Shown: positions 14,838-28,487, numbered from the stretch's first letter. The stretch: 64,000 bases of DNA from Azolla caroliniana (GCA_043228905.1 JBHGNT010000022.1:4588001-4652000), one strand, 5' to 3'. The notes: generated by a model from the letters alone, not told the origin. A program made the numbers and translations.

Positions 14838-17174
14838 CTCTATGTACAATACACTCTTATTACAATTAATGATTTCCTAAAACAAGTTATTAAATCTATC
14901 TTGATTAAATCTTTTCGTCTCTAAGAATCCCAATCTATCACTTCTCTAATAATGTGGATTTGACAAGCAATTCCTTGCAAAATAATGTTTTCATTGTAGA
15001 TATATGTGAGAGAGAAGAATAAGATAAAGTGTATAAACGTCTCTAAAGACGCCAATGGCCTATGCGACCAAGACAATATACATAGTATAGTGTGTTACTT
15101 TCTTCAAGAGAGAGTTTAAAATATATTGTGTACATAGTCAAAATTTACCTCTGACAAATTCTTGTTAGCCCCGTGCACCTCATTTATTACTTTTTATACT
15201 TATGTAATAACAACCTGTCAAAATTCCTTACCTTTTGTCTCCTTGGAGAAGTATGAATAATTAACTTGTCCAAAGGTCTTCGGTAACACCATTTATTTAC
15301 TTTTAGGATTTTGTTTTCTTTTGCTTTTGCATATTTTCCATGTTGGAACTCAATCTATGTGCCCATGCAATTACTCTTGGATTTTCTTTTAATACCAAGA
15401 CATTGACTTTATCTTTGTACACATTGCATTCTCCTAGGTTACAATGGGAAATTAACTTTATTGCAGATAATGTGTAGCAAGTTTTATTGAATGATGTTAG
15501 ACTTTTTTTTTTCCAAATTCGTTTTATTTGTATTGAGTTTTATCATATGTAAATGAGTTCGCTAGTGATTGGCTAACAGGATAATGGCCTTCTCAAACTA
15601 AGTGTTACATGAAAGCATTGCACATTGATTTAGTGAACTTGCATTGTATGGTAGAAAATCACAAAAGAATGGAGCTTGATCCTCGCTCAAAATGAAATCT
15701 AGTAACATAAGCAAATGATTTCAAGAAAGAAATTTGTACTATCGTATGTTCTAGTTTACACACAAAAGAGTACATGTAAACATGTATTCATCGATAGGAT
15801 TGAAATACATACTTTATTCAGGATATAAAAGCATACAAGGAGGGATTTTAGGGGGGCAACCCTTCAATGCACATAATATGAAGAGATTACACATAACAAA
15901 AACCCATGAACATTAAAAGAAAGTACATCACACTTCAAGTTTATGGAGAATTGCGAGTCACATGATATCCAAGTAATGACATTATCATAGAACATCGCAA
16001 ACATCATAAATGATAGGACACAATTCATAAACGGACATCGGCAAATGGAATGTATAGTTTTTGAATAAAAGTTAGCATCAATTTCTTACGTTGAATATTG
16101 GTAATGTAATTGAGCTATGTATTTAACTGTGCATAGTATTGTAATTGTTTCGAAAAAAGGAAAGGGAACACATGTTGTTCTACTTCAAGTTCAAATTTCT
16201 TAAAAATAGTTTAGTAACTTGATATTCTTGATCTCCATTACGATGTCCCAATTGGGATGTGTGTACCATTCATTGTTCATCAATTAGAATCTTCTATACA
16301 AGTGGTACTAAAGTCAAATGTGTATATCTCAGACTACTATATGATGACAAAAGTGAAAGAACTCATTGTTCACAAATGACAATAAACTATAAAAATATTT
16401 AGATACCAATAAAAAACATAACAGTTGATTGTTTAAGCTTAAGGTCAAATGTACGATGAGAATCTAGTTTCAAGTGAAATATATAGAGGTTTATAGACAG
16501 TTATGAAATTTAAATTAGGGTTCTTTTGAGAACCTACTTTCTATCAACATTGCAATGCATACACCATAAATGATTCAATTGTGCACTATACCTTGTGAGT
16601 GCCATCAATTTATAAAGAAGACAGTTTATAATAATTTTAATGTTAAAGAGCTCCTACATTTAAATTGATTACTATAAGCCTACATAAACAAATGACAATA
16701 AATCTGAATTCTTTCCTTAGATATGCAATACTTAATTCATACTGGTAAGCTCCTCACTTGTAGTTGCATACAATTTTATTGTTTAGTGTGTCACGAATGT
16801 CCTAATGTATGAGAACAATGTACTCAAATTGACATCCTTTATATAAGATGCTCTTCTAATAAACCTTATTGTCATGCATGTATACGATCTTCATGAGTGA
16901 ATGAATTACAATCAAGTAAATCACAATATTCTACTATCTCCAAGCCAATGCCATAGTCATTGGTACCTTCAATACACTAAAATCAGCCTTCCAATACCCC
17001 GTGAACTTACTCAAGTGACAACTTATGGGAGTTTGTTCTTAGTACTTGTCCGTTAGATGTTGTAATTTCACTTTAGACAACAAGTAACTAATCCAATCCC
17101 AAACAAGACCCTACAATAATATAGAAGAAAATGAATCTTAACGTTAAGAAAAAGTTGACAAGTAACGTAGGTAT

Positions 17175-17760
17175 TGACGCGAAATACATGGATTAATCTC
17201 CGGCCACAACTGAAGCGTAGATCACTTGATGACAATAAAAACACAAACGAAATGGGAATGGACGTAAGTCGACAAGACAGAAAGGGAATACACAGGATAT
17301 TAACGTGGAAAACCTTGAGAGGGAAAAACCACGGGAGTCCACAGACTCCAAACTATCACTCTGTAAAGTAATACAACAGGGAGCACAGAGGCAACGACCT
17401 CCTGCTCACAATCTTCGCCTCGCGGCGATTACAAAAGAGACACAATCTCTGTATATCGCTCTCTCTCTCTCTCTTACTCATTGTACAGAGGTTACACCAA
17501 TAACTCTATCATCCTAACTATTAAGTTTGCCCTAGGTCATATTTATACTAATATGACTTTCGGGCTATTTACAAATATAGCTCCATTGGGCTCTCTGGAA
17601 CATATTTACATATATGTCCCTTCCATCCGATGAGAGGTTCTCACCAGGCCTGCAACATGCGGTTCTCACCGGGTCTTCCGTTGTCGGGTACTCCACATCC
17701 GGATTCAGCCGAGTTGCTCATCAACACTGTTCTTCTCACTTCCCATCCGGAGGGACATGT
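17175..17760 (-). repeat. Copia-A 3' LTR (inner end deleted)
   Basis: Direct repeat of 22246-22828 that lacks the terminal ...ttcctaaca. Confidence 0.93.
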
Positions 17761-20700
17761 CTTACTAGGCCAATCCGCTTCCGATATGCATCTAGATTGT
17801 CGGGTATCAGTACTTTGGTCAGCATATTTGACCCGTTCTCGGACGTGTGGATCTTCGTCAGCGCGAACTCTCGATCTTCTACTAGCTCCCGGATCCAATG
17901 ATACCTATGTTGGATGTGCTTCGTCCTGGAATGGTACGCTGCGTTCTTAGCAAGGTGGATGACACTTTGACTGTTGCAATAGAGCCGATATTCATCTTGC
18001 CGGATACTTAGTTCTTCGATGAAGTCCTTCATCCATAATATTTCCTTGCCGGCTTCAACAACCGCCATGTACTCCGCCTCCGTGGTTGACAACACAACCG
18101 TCTTCTACAACCTCGATTGCCACGAAACAGCTCCCCCTGCATATGTCATTACATACCCGGATGTAGACCGGCTGGTATCCACATTAGCCGACATATCCGA
18201 ATTGGTAAAACCGTCAAGTTGAGGTTTACCAGAGCCGAATCGGAGACACATATTCGAAGTGCCTTTCAAGTACCAGAGTATCCATTTGACCGCGTTCCAG
18301 TGCTCCTTGCCGGGATCTTCTACTAGCTCCCGGATCCAATGATACCTATATTGGATGTGCTTCGTCCTGGAATGGTACGCTGCGTTCTTAGCAAGGTGGA
18401 TGACACTTTGACTGTTGCAATAGAGCCGATATTCATCTTGCCGGATACCTAGTTCTTCGATGAAGTCCTTCATCCATAATATTTCCTTGCCGGCTTCAAC
18501 AACCGCCATGTACTCCGCCTCCGTGGTTGACAACACAACCGTCTTCTACAACCTCGATTGCCACGAAACAGCTCCCCCTGCATATGTCATTACATACCCG
18601 GATGTAGACCGGCTGGTATCCACATTAGCCGACATATCCGAATTGGTAAAACCGTCAAGTTGAGGTTTACCAGAGCCGAATCGGAGACACATATTCGAAG
18701 TGCCTTTCAAGTACCAGAGTATCCATTTGACCGCGTTCCAGTGCTCCTTGCCGGGATTGCTCATAAACCGACTCACCACTCCGACTGCGTATCCAATATC
18801 CGGTCGAGTACACACCATTGCGTACATTAAGCTCCCGACGGTAGAGGCATATGGCACCTTCATCATATCTGCCTTCTCTACTTTCGTCTTCGGGCTTTGC
18901 TTACCGGATAATCTGCAGTTTGCTGGGAGTGTCGATCTGACCGGTTTCGCTTCTAACATGTTGAACCGCTGAAGCACCTTTGTCACGTATTTCTCCTGTG
19001 ACAACCACAATTGCTTCTTTGACCGGTCTCGGATGATGTGCATCCCCAGTATCTGTCTTGTCGGGCCCAAATCTTTCATTGAGAATGTTCGGTTGAGAGC
19101 CTTCTTCAGCATCCGTATTTTGGCTTGGTCCCGTCCGACGATCAACATGTCGTCCACGTACAGAAGGAGTATCAGGAAGTCGCCTCCTTCGAACTTCTTC
19201 ACAAACATGCAGTGATCGGTTTGCGTTTTGTGATACCCTTGGTCGGTCATGAAGGAGTTGAACTTCCGGTACCATTGTCGGGGAGCCTGCTTCAGTCCAT
19301 ACAGGCTCTTCTTCAACGGGCAAACCAGGTGCTCCTTCCCTTTCTCCACGAATCCTTCCGGTTGCTGCATGTAGATCTCCTCTTCGAGGTCACCGTAAAG
19401 GAATGCCGTCTTCACGTCCAACTGCTCTACCTTGAGGTCCATGCTTGCCGCTATACTCTGCACCGTCCGGATGGAAGTCATCTTTACTACCGGGGCAAAT
19501 ATCACGTCGAAGTCCACGCCCTTCTTCTGCTGGAACCCCTTCACCACGATCCTGGCTTTGTATCTTGGAGGGTTGCTGGCATCTCCCGGTTTTAGTTTGT
19601 ACACCCACTTGTTTCAGAGTGCCCTCTTTCCTTTCGGAAACTCCACCAATTTATATGTGTGGTTCTCATGCAAGGAATCCATCTCGTCCTGCATGGCACT
19701 CAACCACTTGCGGCTATTGGTGTCATCCTTCGCTTCTTTGAAGCTTTCCGGCTCCCCCTCATTGGTCAGCAGCACATGCTCTGCATCTGGAAATCTCTGG
19801 GGGGCCCTTCTCTCTTTGAGAGGATATCTCGGTCTTTGGCTTTTGGCAACCGGCTCCTCTATTTGTTCTTCATCCGAATCCGATTTGGGGTCTTGGCTGG
19901 TTCCGGTTTCAGCTTCCTCTACTTCTTCTTCTGCTGGTTCGATATCCACACCATAACCGGCTGGTTCCTCGAGTGTCAATCGGCTCTTAGCTGGGTGGGT
20001 CCGAATCTCATCGAAGTTCATTATCTTCTTCTCTGACTCCCAGTCGGCAAGAGTCTTGTCCTCCATGAAGATAATATCTCGGCTCCGGAAAACCTTCTTG
20101 TCAACCGGATCCCACACTTGGTAGCCGAACTCATCATCGCTGTATTCAAGGAATATGCATGGCCGGGTCTTTGGATCCAACTTTCCTCTCCAGTCCTTAG
20201 CAACATGCACGTACGCGAGACACCTGAACACCTTCAAATGCCGGTAGGACACTTCCTTACCGGTCCACACCTTTTGCGGCGTGTCTCCATCCAAGGGCAC
20301 TAAGGGTGATCTGTTTATCACATACGTCGCTGTCGACAATGCCTCAACCCAAAACGTATTGGGTAGTTTAGCATGTGCTAGCATACTCTAAACCCTGTCC
20401 ATTATTGTCTAGTTCATCCTCTTGGCTAACCCGTTTAGTTCCGGCGTCTTCGGCACGATAAATTTGAGCTGGATTCCCTTCGAGCGGCAGTACTCCTCGA
20501 ACTGCCCCCAGTATTCTCCTTCGTTATCTGCTCGAACCGCCCCCAACTTCCGTCTGGTTTCTCTTTCCACTCTTGCGTGGAGCTCCTTGAAGACGGATAA
20601 CACCTGATCCTTCGTCTTCAACGGTGTGGCCCACAGCCTCCTGCTGTGGTCATCTATGAACGTCACGAAGTACAACGCTCCGGCATGGGACTTCGTGTCC

Positions 20701-22214
20701 ACTTGACACACATCTGTATGCACCAACTCCAATGGTGCATTACGTCTCATCGGTGGCCTTGATCGGAAGGAGGTCCGATTTTTCTTACCGGCTAGGCAGT
20801 CGATGCACCTCTCAAGATGCACGTTCTTCACCAGAATGAGGTTGTCATCGGCAAGCCTCTTCATCCCCTTCACACTCATGTGACACAGTCTCTTGTGCCA
20901 CAACTCACCGGCAGTGTCGGAAGCCACGTTCACTTCTTCCAGGCATAACCGGGCATTCATCAGGTACATCGTGTTGACCTTCTAGGCCCGAGCCACTATC
21001 AAGCTCCCTTTGCTGAATTTCATGACTCCATTCCGGATGCCACCCGTGTAGCCTTCATCATCTAGCTGACCTGCTGATATCAGGTTCAGTTGAACCTCCG
21101 GAACGTGTCGGACATCCTTCAGTAGCAGCTTGCATCCGGTTGGTGTTGTCAACCACACGTCTCCTATGCCGACAATTCGACATGTACCTTCATTCCCCAT
21201 CCGGACACAACCGTGATAACCGGTTGTGTAGGATGAGAAGTATTTACGGTCCGGGGTAAGGTGGAACGACGCTCCGGAATCAACAACCCACGTTGTCTCG
21301 TCGCCGGCAAGGTTCAACTCACTCTCCTCGGTGATGAGCATCAACTCTTCCTCACTTGCCGCGATTGCCGTCGTTCCCTTCCGGTCCGTTCTCCTCCGTT
21401 CCCCTCCGGTCTTTACCGTTCCAGTCCGGTGTCCGCTTTGAATCGGTACCATCGGCTTCCTTGTCTTTTCGGAAGTGCCGACAGTTCTTCTGGAAGTGTC
21501 CCGGCTTGCCGCAATAGAAGCAGGTAGGCCTCCCCCTTGACTTTGACCGTGTCCCCGACTTCTCCCGGTTTTGGGGACTACGGTTCCTTTGTCTTTCGCG
21601 TTCTGATTCGGTAATGAGCGCTTTGGAGTCGGAGTTCGTATTCTTGTCTTTCCGACGCGCCTCCTCATCTAGCAAGCTCGACTTCACTCTTGCTAGGGAT
21701 AACCGTTTCCCTACCGGCTCGGCGTTGCTCAAAGTGACAACAACGTCTCCCAGCTATTTGGGAGGGAACCGAGCAGGAGTAGTGCTAATACCTCATCGGC
21801 GAGAGGTACTTCCAATGATGTTGCCTGGTGGATCAACCCCTGGAAGGCATTCATGTGCTCCGCCATGTTGGAGCCATGTTGGTACCAGAGTCTTACTAGC
21901 TTCCGAAATACCGAAACCTGATTAACAACATTTTTGTTCTGAAACATAATGCCGATCTTCTCCCAGAGCTCACGAGCCTTGCTCTCTTCATTGAAGTTGT
22001 TGTATAGACTCATGTCGATGAAGCACCGTATGTACGCCGTTGTCTTCATGTGCATCACCTCCCATATCGTGGCATCGATTTAGTCCGGTCTCTTGTCCCC
22101 GAACTGAACCGGCAACCAAAGATCTTTAACCAGGAGCATGTCCCTCATCTTCGACTTCCACAATGAGTAATTGGAGCCGATGAGCTTGAACATGCCTCCC
22201 AACGAATCGTCCAT
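17736..22214 (-). pseudogene. gag-pol: Copia-A gag-pol, disrupted by stops and frameshifts
   Basis: ORF fragments contain the zinc knuckle CFYCGKPGHFQKNC, protease WVVDSGAS, GAG-pre-integrase LWHKRLCH, integrase LVHTDVC/FIDD, RT QLDVKTAF and YVDD, and RNase H STTEAEY/RTKHI. Confidence 0.95.
17873..18757. repeat. 441-bp in-frame tandem duplication inside the Copia-A RT/RNase H region
   Basis: Units 17873-18313 and 18314-18754, with GAT microhomology at the junctions. ORFs 17736-18095 and 18105-18536 both start MLSTTEAEY and are offset by 441 bp. Confidence 0.95.
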
Positions 22215-22230
22215 TTTTTTGTGTCGTTTA

Positions 22231-22242
22231 GCTCTGATACCA
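22231..22242 (-). promoter_or_regulatory. Primer binding site, initiator tRNA-Met
   Basis: TGGTATCAGAGC on the minus strand, the canonical plant copia PBS. Confidence 0.95.
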
Positions 22243-22245
22243 GTT

Positions 22246-22837
22246 TGACGCGAAATACGCGCATTAATCTCCAGCCACAACCGAAGCGTAGAACACTTGA
22301 TGACAATAAAAACACAGACGAAATGGGAATGGAGGTAAGTCGACAAGACAGAAAGAGAATACACAGGATATTAACGTGGAAAACCCTGAGAGGGAAAAAC
22401 CACGGGAGTCCACAGACTCCAAACTATCACTCTGTAAAGTAATACAACAGGGTGACAAAGGCAACGACCTCCTGCTCACAATCTTTGCCTCGGGGCGGTT
22501 ACAACAGAGACACAATCTCTGTATATCGCTCTCTCTCTCTCTTACTCACTATACAAAGGTTACGCCAATAACTCTATCATCATAACTATTAAGTTTGCCC
22601 TAGGTCATATTTATACTAATATGACTTTCGGGCTATTTACAAATATAGCTCCATTGGGCTCTTTGGAACATATTTACATATATGTCCCTTCCATCCGATG
22701 AGAGGTTCTCACCAGGCCTGCAACATGCGGTTCTCACCGGGTCTTCCGTTGTCGGGTACTCCACATCCGGATTCAGCCGAGTTGCTCATCAACACTGTTC
22801 TTCTCACTTCCCATCCAGAGGGACCTGTTTCCTAACA
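22246..22837 (-). repeat. Copia-A 5' LTR
   Basis: TG...CA ends, with the PBS 3 nt inside and the TSD outside. Confidence 0.95.
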
Positions 22838-23106
22838 GGTATAGACCTTAATATGGTGTTGTAAAAATCAAGGAGAAGGGCGTGATAGTTGTGAGGAGGA
22901 CCGTCAAGGTCTGAAACCACGAAAGATGGACTTGGTGGTGTTGGTGATGAAGATGTTTAGGGTTGGCAAATGAGTACATTGGCATGTGGATGTTTTGGGT
23001 TCTTCACAAGTTCCAAGAATCAGAGGGTCATGTTAGAGTTCAACTAATTAATTAAGCAAAACATAAGGAATTATAGAACAAAGAAAGGAAAGAGGGGTGG
23101 CAAACC

Positions 23107-23401
23107 ATGTGACCACTCCCTAGCAATGGCGTGCGACGGACCCAAACCTCCTCAATGTCCCATACCATTGAGGGTTGATGTGAGTCGTACCTTGGGTTTT
23201 GCAACGATCACACATGCTTAGCTAACAAGAGCCATAGGCACACTGTCATAGTCAATGTGAGCACTCCCTAGCAATGGCGTGCGAGGGACCCAAACCTCCT
23301 CAATGTCCCATACCATTGAGGGTTGATGTGAGTCGTACCTTGGGTTTTGCAACGATCACACATGCTTAGCTAACAAGAGCCATAGGCACACTGTCATAGT
23401 C
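23107..23401. repeat. 148-bp tandem duplication
   Basis: atgtgaNcactccctagcaatggcg...ctgtcatagtc at 23107-23253 and 23255-23401, with ~2 mismatches. Confidence 0.93.
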
Positions 23402-24375
23402 TCAACATAAGTCAAGCCTGAATGTAGCTAGCCTCATTATATAGGCAAAAACCCTAGGCCTTAGTGTGTTCACACTTGACTGCTTTATTTGAAGTGGTCA
23501 AGTGATGACACACATAATAGTTATCCCCCACCATGCAATTGAATATTATAATTCATACCCTCGTTCCTTTTAGAATTAACCCACACATACTCATCATAAG
23601 CTTAGGGAAAACTACAGAAAACCTATCTAATAATCAATTATGGCTATCCAAGAATCTTTTGGATATACTTTATAAAAAACAAAAGCGATGTTTTTACCAA
23701 TTTTAGATACAAGAAAATGGTAAAAATCAATGTAGGAGGAAAATATAGATACTTCCAAGTAATGGAGAAAGTGAGTATATGTTGTGTTGTCTCAAAGTGT
23801 GTACCATGATAATATCATGAGCCAATGGATTCAAATTGTCATATACCCTATTGGTAAAGGATCATGCAAGAGTTGTTGCAATCACGAATGAGCCCTACTT
23901 TCGCAACCCTAACCCCACGAATTCTCAGTAACACTCTCTCATGCTATTTTAAAATTAAGAAACTAGTTACGTCTTAGGAAAAGCTCGATAATTATGCATC
24001 CATGCATATATTTTAAACCAACAATGTATATTGTGAAATGCACATAAATGGAATCCAAACCAGCTTGCTTAGCTTCTTACTTCCTATTCAATTTATGGTC
24101 GTACAAAGGTACCCATTTGGGTTGGCTTTACTTAGCTACATGTGTCCTAACAAGGGTATGCTAAAAGGGTGGCTCAACGGAACACATGTACACCATAGCA
24201 TGAAGGCATACATGCTAAACAAGGGTATGCTAAAAGGGGCACAAAGGAACACAAGCACACCCAACATGAAGGCATGCACTTGCATCCAAGGGACACCACA
24301 TTTCCCCCCTGAGAGAAACAAGGAGTTTTACGACATGGGGAAAGGACGAGCGCTAGAAGATGGGCTTGGGGTAGC

Positions 24376-27300
24376 ATAGGGCTTGATGCGGGCAACATGG
24401 GCGGAGGTGAATCGACCATTGGAATCGCGTCAGAGCAAGTAAGTCGTGGATTTGATTGCACGAACCATGGTGAATGGGCTGATCCATCGGTGCATGAGTG
24501 ATTCTCTGAGACCGCGCCGCCGGACCGGGAAGTAAATAAGGACTTTGGTTCCATCATCATAAGTTGGGGTAATTCGACCCACGTCGTAGTGTCGCTTTTG
24601 ACGTTGTTGTGTGACTTGTAGGTTTCGAGAGCTTGCTTGTCGAAGGAGAGGTAGTAGTTGTTGGAGATAGAGCCCCCAAGTGGCACCATCGATGTTGGAA
24701 GGTTTGGAATGGATGTCAATGCACAATTCTGGTGGGAGTCGAGGGTCACACCCATAGAGTGCTCGAAAAGGGCTGATCCGTGTTGACGCCTGAATGGATG
24801 TATTGTAGGCGTGGGTGACGAAAGGCAAGATTTGATCCTAGGTTTTGTGGCATGGATCGATGTAAGCGGCAATCTCCTGCTTGAGGGTCTTTGTTGAGGC
24901 GTTCGGTGAGGTCGTTTGTTTGCGGATGGTACATGGATGTAAACACCTGCTGGACACCTAGTTGAGTTGCAACCGCATTGAGAACGTCCACATGGAATTG
25001 GCAGCCCTGATCAGATAAGAGTTGGACAGGGCAACCATGCTGAAAAATTACCTTGTGCAAAAGTTAGGATGCGACTGTTGGCGTAGTGACGTCAGGGATG
25101 GCAACAATTTCAGTCCATTTGGTGAGGTATTCTATTATGACCAGGATATACTTGTTGCCACTGGGGGTTTTGGGAAAAGGTCCCATGAAATCCCATCTGA
25201 TGAGCTCGAAAGGCGATGTGACGATGATGGGTTGGAGCGTTCCGGTGGGCTTGCTCGCGGGTTTGATGTGTTGACCCAAAGCACATTGGTTGATGTAGGT
25301 AGAGACAGAGTGTCGCATGTTGGGCCAATAATACTTGAGACGTAATTTTTCAAGAATCTTGTGGAAACCCAGATGACCCGACAATGGGTGGTCATGATAA
25401 AATTGGAGATACGTCTGTTGTAGGGCATGAGGGATGTAGAGACGCGGCTTGTGATGCGCCTGAATGAAGAACACCAAGTTATCGTGGAGCATGAACCGTC
25501 GTTGTGAGGGAAATGGTTGGAGGGAGTGCAATTGATGGGTTATCTCTTAGATGGCGGGGTCGTGTTGCTAAAGTGTAGTGAGTTGTGGTAGTGGCAGTGG
25601 AAGGTCAGACGTCGCGGGTAGAAATTGGACAGCTTGGAAATCAGCGCGAGAGAGACTAAACCCTAAACCTTTTCGATAGGAGAGGGTAAACTGATAATCT
25701 TGAAGTGCCAACGTCCATCGCAACAAGAGGCCCAGGGGGTGAGGTCGATGAATAAGAGAAAGTAAGGGCTAGTGGTTAGTCTCAACTGTAACCTGCCCGC
25801 CATGAAGGTATGGGTGAAGACGCTGGAAAGACCAGACGATTGCAAGTAGTTCCTTCTCAGTGGTTGAGTAGTTCCATTTAGCCGGCATGAGAGTTCAGAT
25901 AATGAAGGCGACCACCTTCTCTTGCCTGTGGCAATTGGTTTGCAGGAGGACGGCTCCTAACCCATGGTTAGAGGCATCCGTCTGCAACGTAAACGACTGG
26001 TCAAAGTAAGGATGGGTGAGCAACCTTGATTCCTGAACCATTGTTTTGAGGTGATGAAAGCTGTCTTTGCAAGCAGGATCCCAAACGAATGACACACCTT
26101 TCTTCAGGAGATGATGGAGGGGGAAAGTGACCAAGGCAAGGTTCAGGATGAAGCGAAGGGAAAAGGTGATCATGCCCAAAAAACGTTGCAATGTTTTTAT
26201 TGAGGTGGGGCGAGTGTAGTCGGTGATGGAATCTACCTTTCCAGGGTCCATATAGATTCCATCACCAGAGATGATGAAACCGAGAAAACGGAGGCTGGTA
26301 CTTCCCCATCGACACTTCTTCCATTGGAGTTGCAAGTTATGCTTAGTTATGCAAGCGAGGACTTCAACGAGAGTTTGTAGATGATCCTCCCAAGTGGTAG
26401 TGTGGATAAGGATGTTGTCGAGATAAACAAGGAGGATGCCTTTACTGATAAGGCCGACAAAGATGGAGTTTGCCATGTGTTGGAATGTGCTGCCGGCATC
26501 AGGCAGGCCAAACGACATGCGGGTGAATTGGAACAGCCCGCGTCGTGTGCGGAATGCGGTCTTGTGGGCGTCAGACGGCTTTAAGGGGATAAGGGGATCT
26601 GCCAATATCCCGAGGCCAAGTCAAGGGAGGTGAAATAACGGGAGCCCCCGAGCTGGTCCAAGAGGTCGTCCACACGAGGGAGCGGGTAGAGGTCATGGAT
26701 CGTCACTTTGTTGAGAGGCCTAAAGTCAATGCAGAAGTGGAAGGTCCCATCATCCTTCTTGACGAGGTGGGGTTCCGAAACCCAATCGCTGGTGGAAGGA
26801 ATGCTAATACCTTTTGTGAGCATATCGGTGACGGCAGCATCAATGCGATCGTAGTCGAGGGGGGAACGTAGGCGTGTAGCCATGCGGATGGGAGTGGAGT
26901 CCCCGGTACAAATGACATGTTGTACCGGGAAAGAGACACTAGCGGCATGCGTGGGTTGGGGGGCTAGTGACAGAAAATGAGCTAACAATTGGCGGATGGA
27001 GATTAACCGCTCCTTGGGACTAAGGGCCACCTGGACTTGGCTGAGGTGGGGGACATGGGGCTATCGTGTAGGAGGGGGATACGGGGAGCTTGTGGGTCAA
27101 TCAGTTTGTGAGCATTGAAATCAATTATAGCGCGACGCTTGAGGAGCCAATCGCAACCTAAGGTGAGGGGCTTGAGTTGGTGGGGCAAGACATAAAAGTG
27201 GTGTGAGAATGTGAGAGTGCCTAAGGTAACGGTGCAATGGGCTTGCGTGCGAGAGTGGTATAGATGTTGGGGATCGACAAAAAGGACTTGGATGGAAGGA

Positions 27301-28456
27301 GCGGTGGTTGTGGGGAGGCCTAATTGGTGAACTAAGGTGGTGCTAATTGAAGAGATACTACTACCAGAGTCTAATAGGATGGTGTGTGTGGAGTGATTAA
27401 TGGTGGCGAGAGCGGTGCATACCTGTGAACTAGAAGAGGCAGACGCTTGGACGTGGGGGGTTGGCTCTTCCATCAGTACCCCGGAAGTTAGTTTCCCAGA
27501 AGCTCAGCCAACGATGCTACGTCAGCCATGGTTATCTGGGCTTGCTGCTTGTGAGATTGTTGTTGCAATTTCCGGCAATAACATTGGATGTGTCCATAAT
27601 TGTGGCAGTAGAAACACTTCGGGCGTCCTTGGCCATCGTGATTAGGAAGGTTTCGACGAGTCAGCATCATCACGTTTTGGACGTCAATGTCCATGGGGGT
27701 CGCTCCTTGGTACTGCGTGCGCAAGTCGGTCGATGGTGGAGGGCGCCATCGTGGTTGGGAGTCAGATAGCGTACAAGCTTCAATGCGTTTGGCAATGAGG
27801 ATCACATCGTTGAAGGTCTTGGGACCTTGGTCCCGGGCACGCCGAGTGATGTCAGGGCGTAGACGGGTCCATTAGAAGAAAAGCTTGACATGCTCGGGCA
27901 TGGTTGGATCGGCACGGATGAGGAGCTGATTTAGGCGAACACCAAATTGGCCTACTGGTTCGTGCGCTTGCTGTTGCAACGTCTCGAGTTGTTGCAATGC
28001 CGTCTGGGCTGAATTTTGATGGGCGAAGTTTTTCACGAGGAGATCCCGGAGGACCACCCAGTTCTTCGTCACTTCGTTGGCTTGTTGTACGTACCAAGTG
28101 GCGGTGACATTTTCGAGCAAGGTGCGAACTTCCAAAGCCTTGTGCTCGTCAGACCATTTGTGGTAACTTGAGATCATCTCAAAGTGATCCAACCATGCTA
28201 AGACGACCTCAGAGGGCAAGCCGGAGAAGGACTTTGGGCGAACCTTGGAATTTGGTGGATCTGGAGACCGATCATTGGTAGCGGAGAGGAAGGAGAGCAT
28301 AGCTTGGTTCGTGTGGCTGATTTGAAGTATGGCATTGGAGAGGACTTGCAGGAGTTGCTCCATTTGGAAGGGGGCTGGCCACTCAGGAGGTTGCGGGAAC
28401 TCAGATTGCATAGGGGTATCGACTTCGATGACGATGGGAGGGAATTGGGACGCCAT
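24376..28456 (-). pseudogene. gag-pol: Gypsy-A gag-pol, frameshifted and with stops
   Basis: Gag with CFYCHNYGHIQCYC, protease LLDSGSS, RT CIDFRPLN/TAFRT/YLDN, RNase H LQTDASNHGLG, and integrase HDHPLSGHLG, DFMGP, SDQG, YHPQTN..ER. Confidence 0.92.
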
Positions 28457-28487
28457 GAACGAGGTGATAGTGGCTAAAATTTTACTT

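Larger units (their letters stand above)
17175..22837 (-). mobile_element. Ty1/copia LTR retrotransposon, full-length but decayed (Copia-A)
   Basis: LTRs at 17175-~17760 and 22246-22837, 5-bp TSD GGTAT (17170-17174 and 22838-22842), PBS TGGTATCAGAGC (reverse complement of 22231-22242), and domain order gag-PR-INT-RT-RH on the minus strand. Confidence 0.97.

Noticed and set aside
1-17170. About 20 short ORFs (60-142 aa) in the AT-rich left part
   Set aside because: They have no recognisable domains, low-complexity AT-driven composition and no convincing exon chain. The ORF at 1883-2311 overlaps the LINE relic out of frame.
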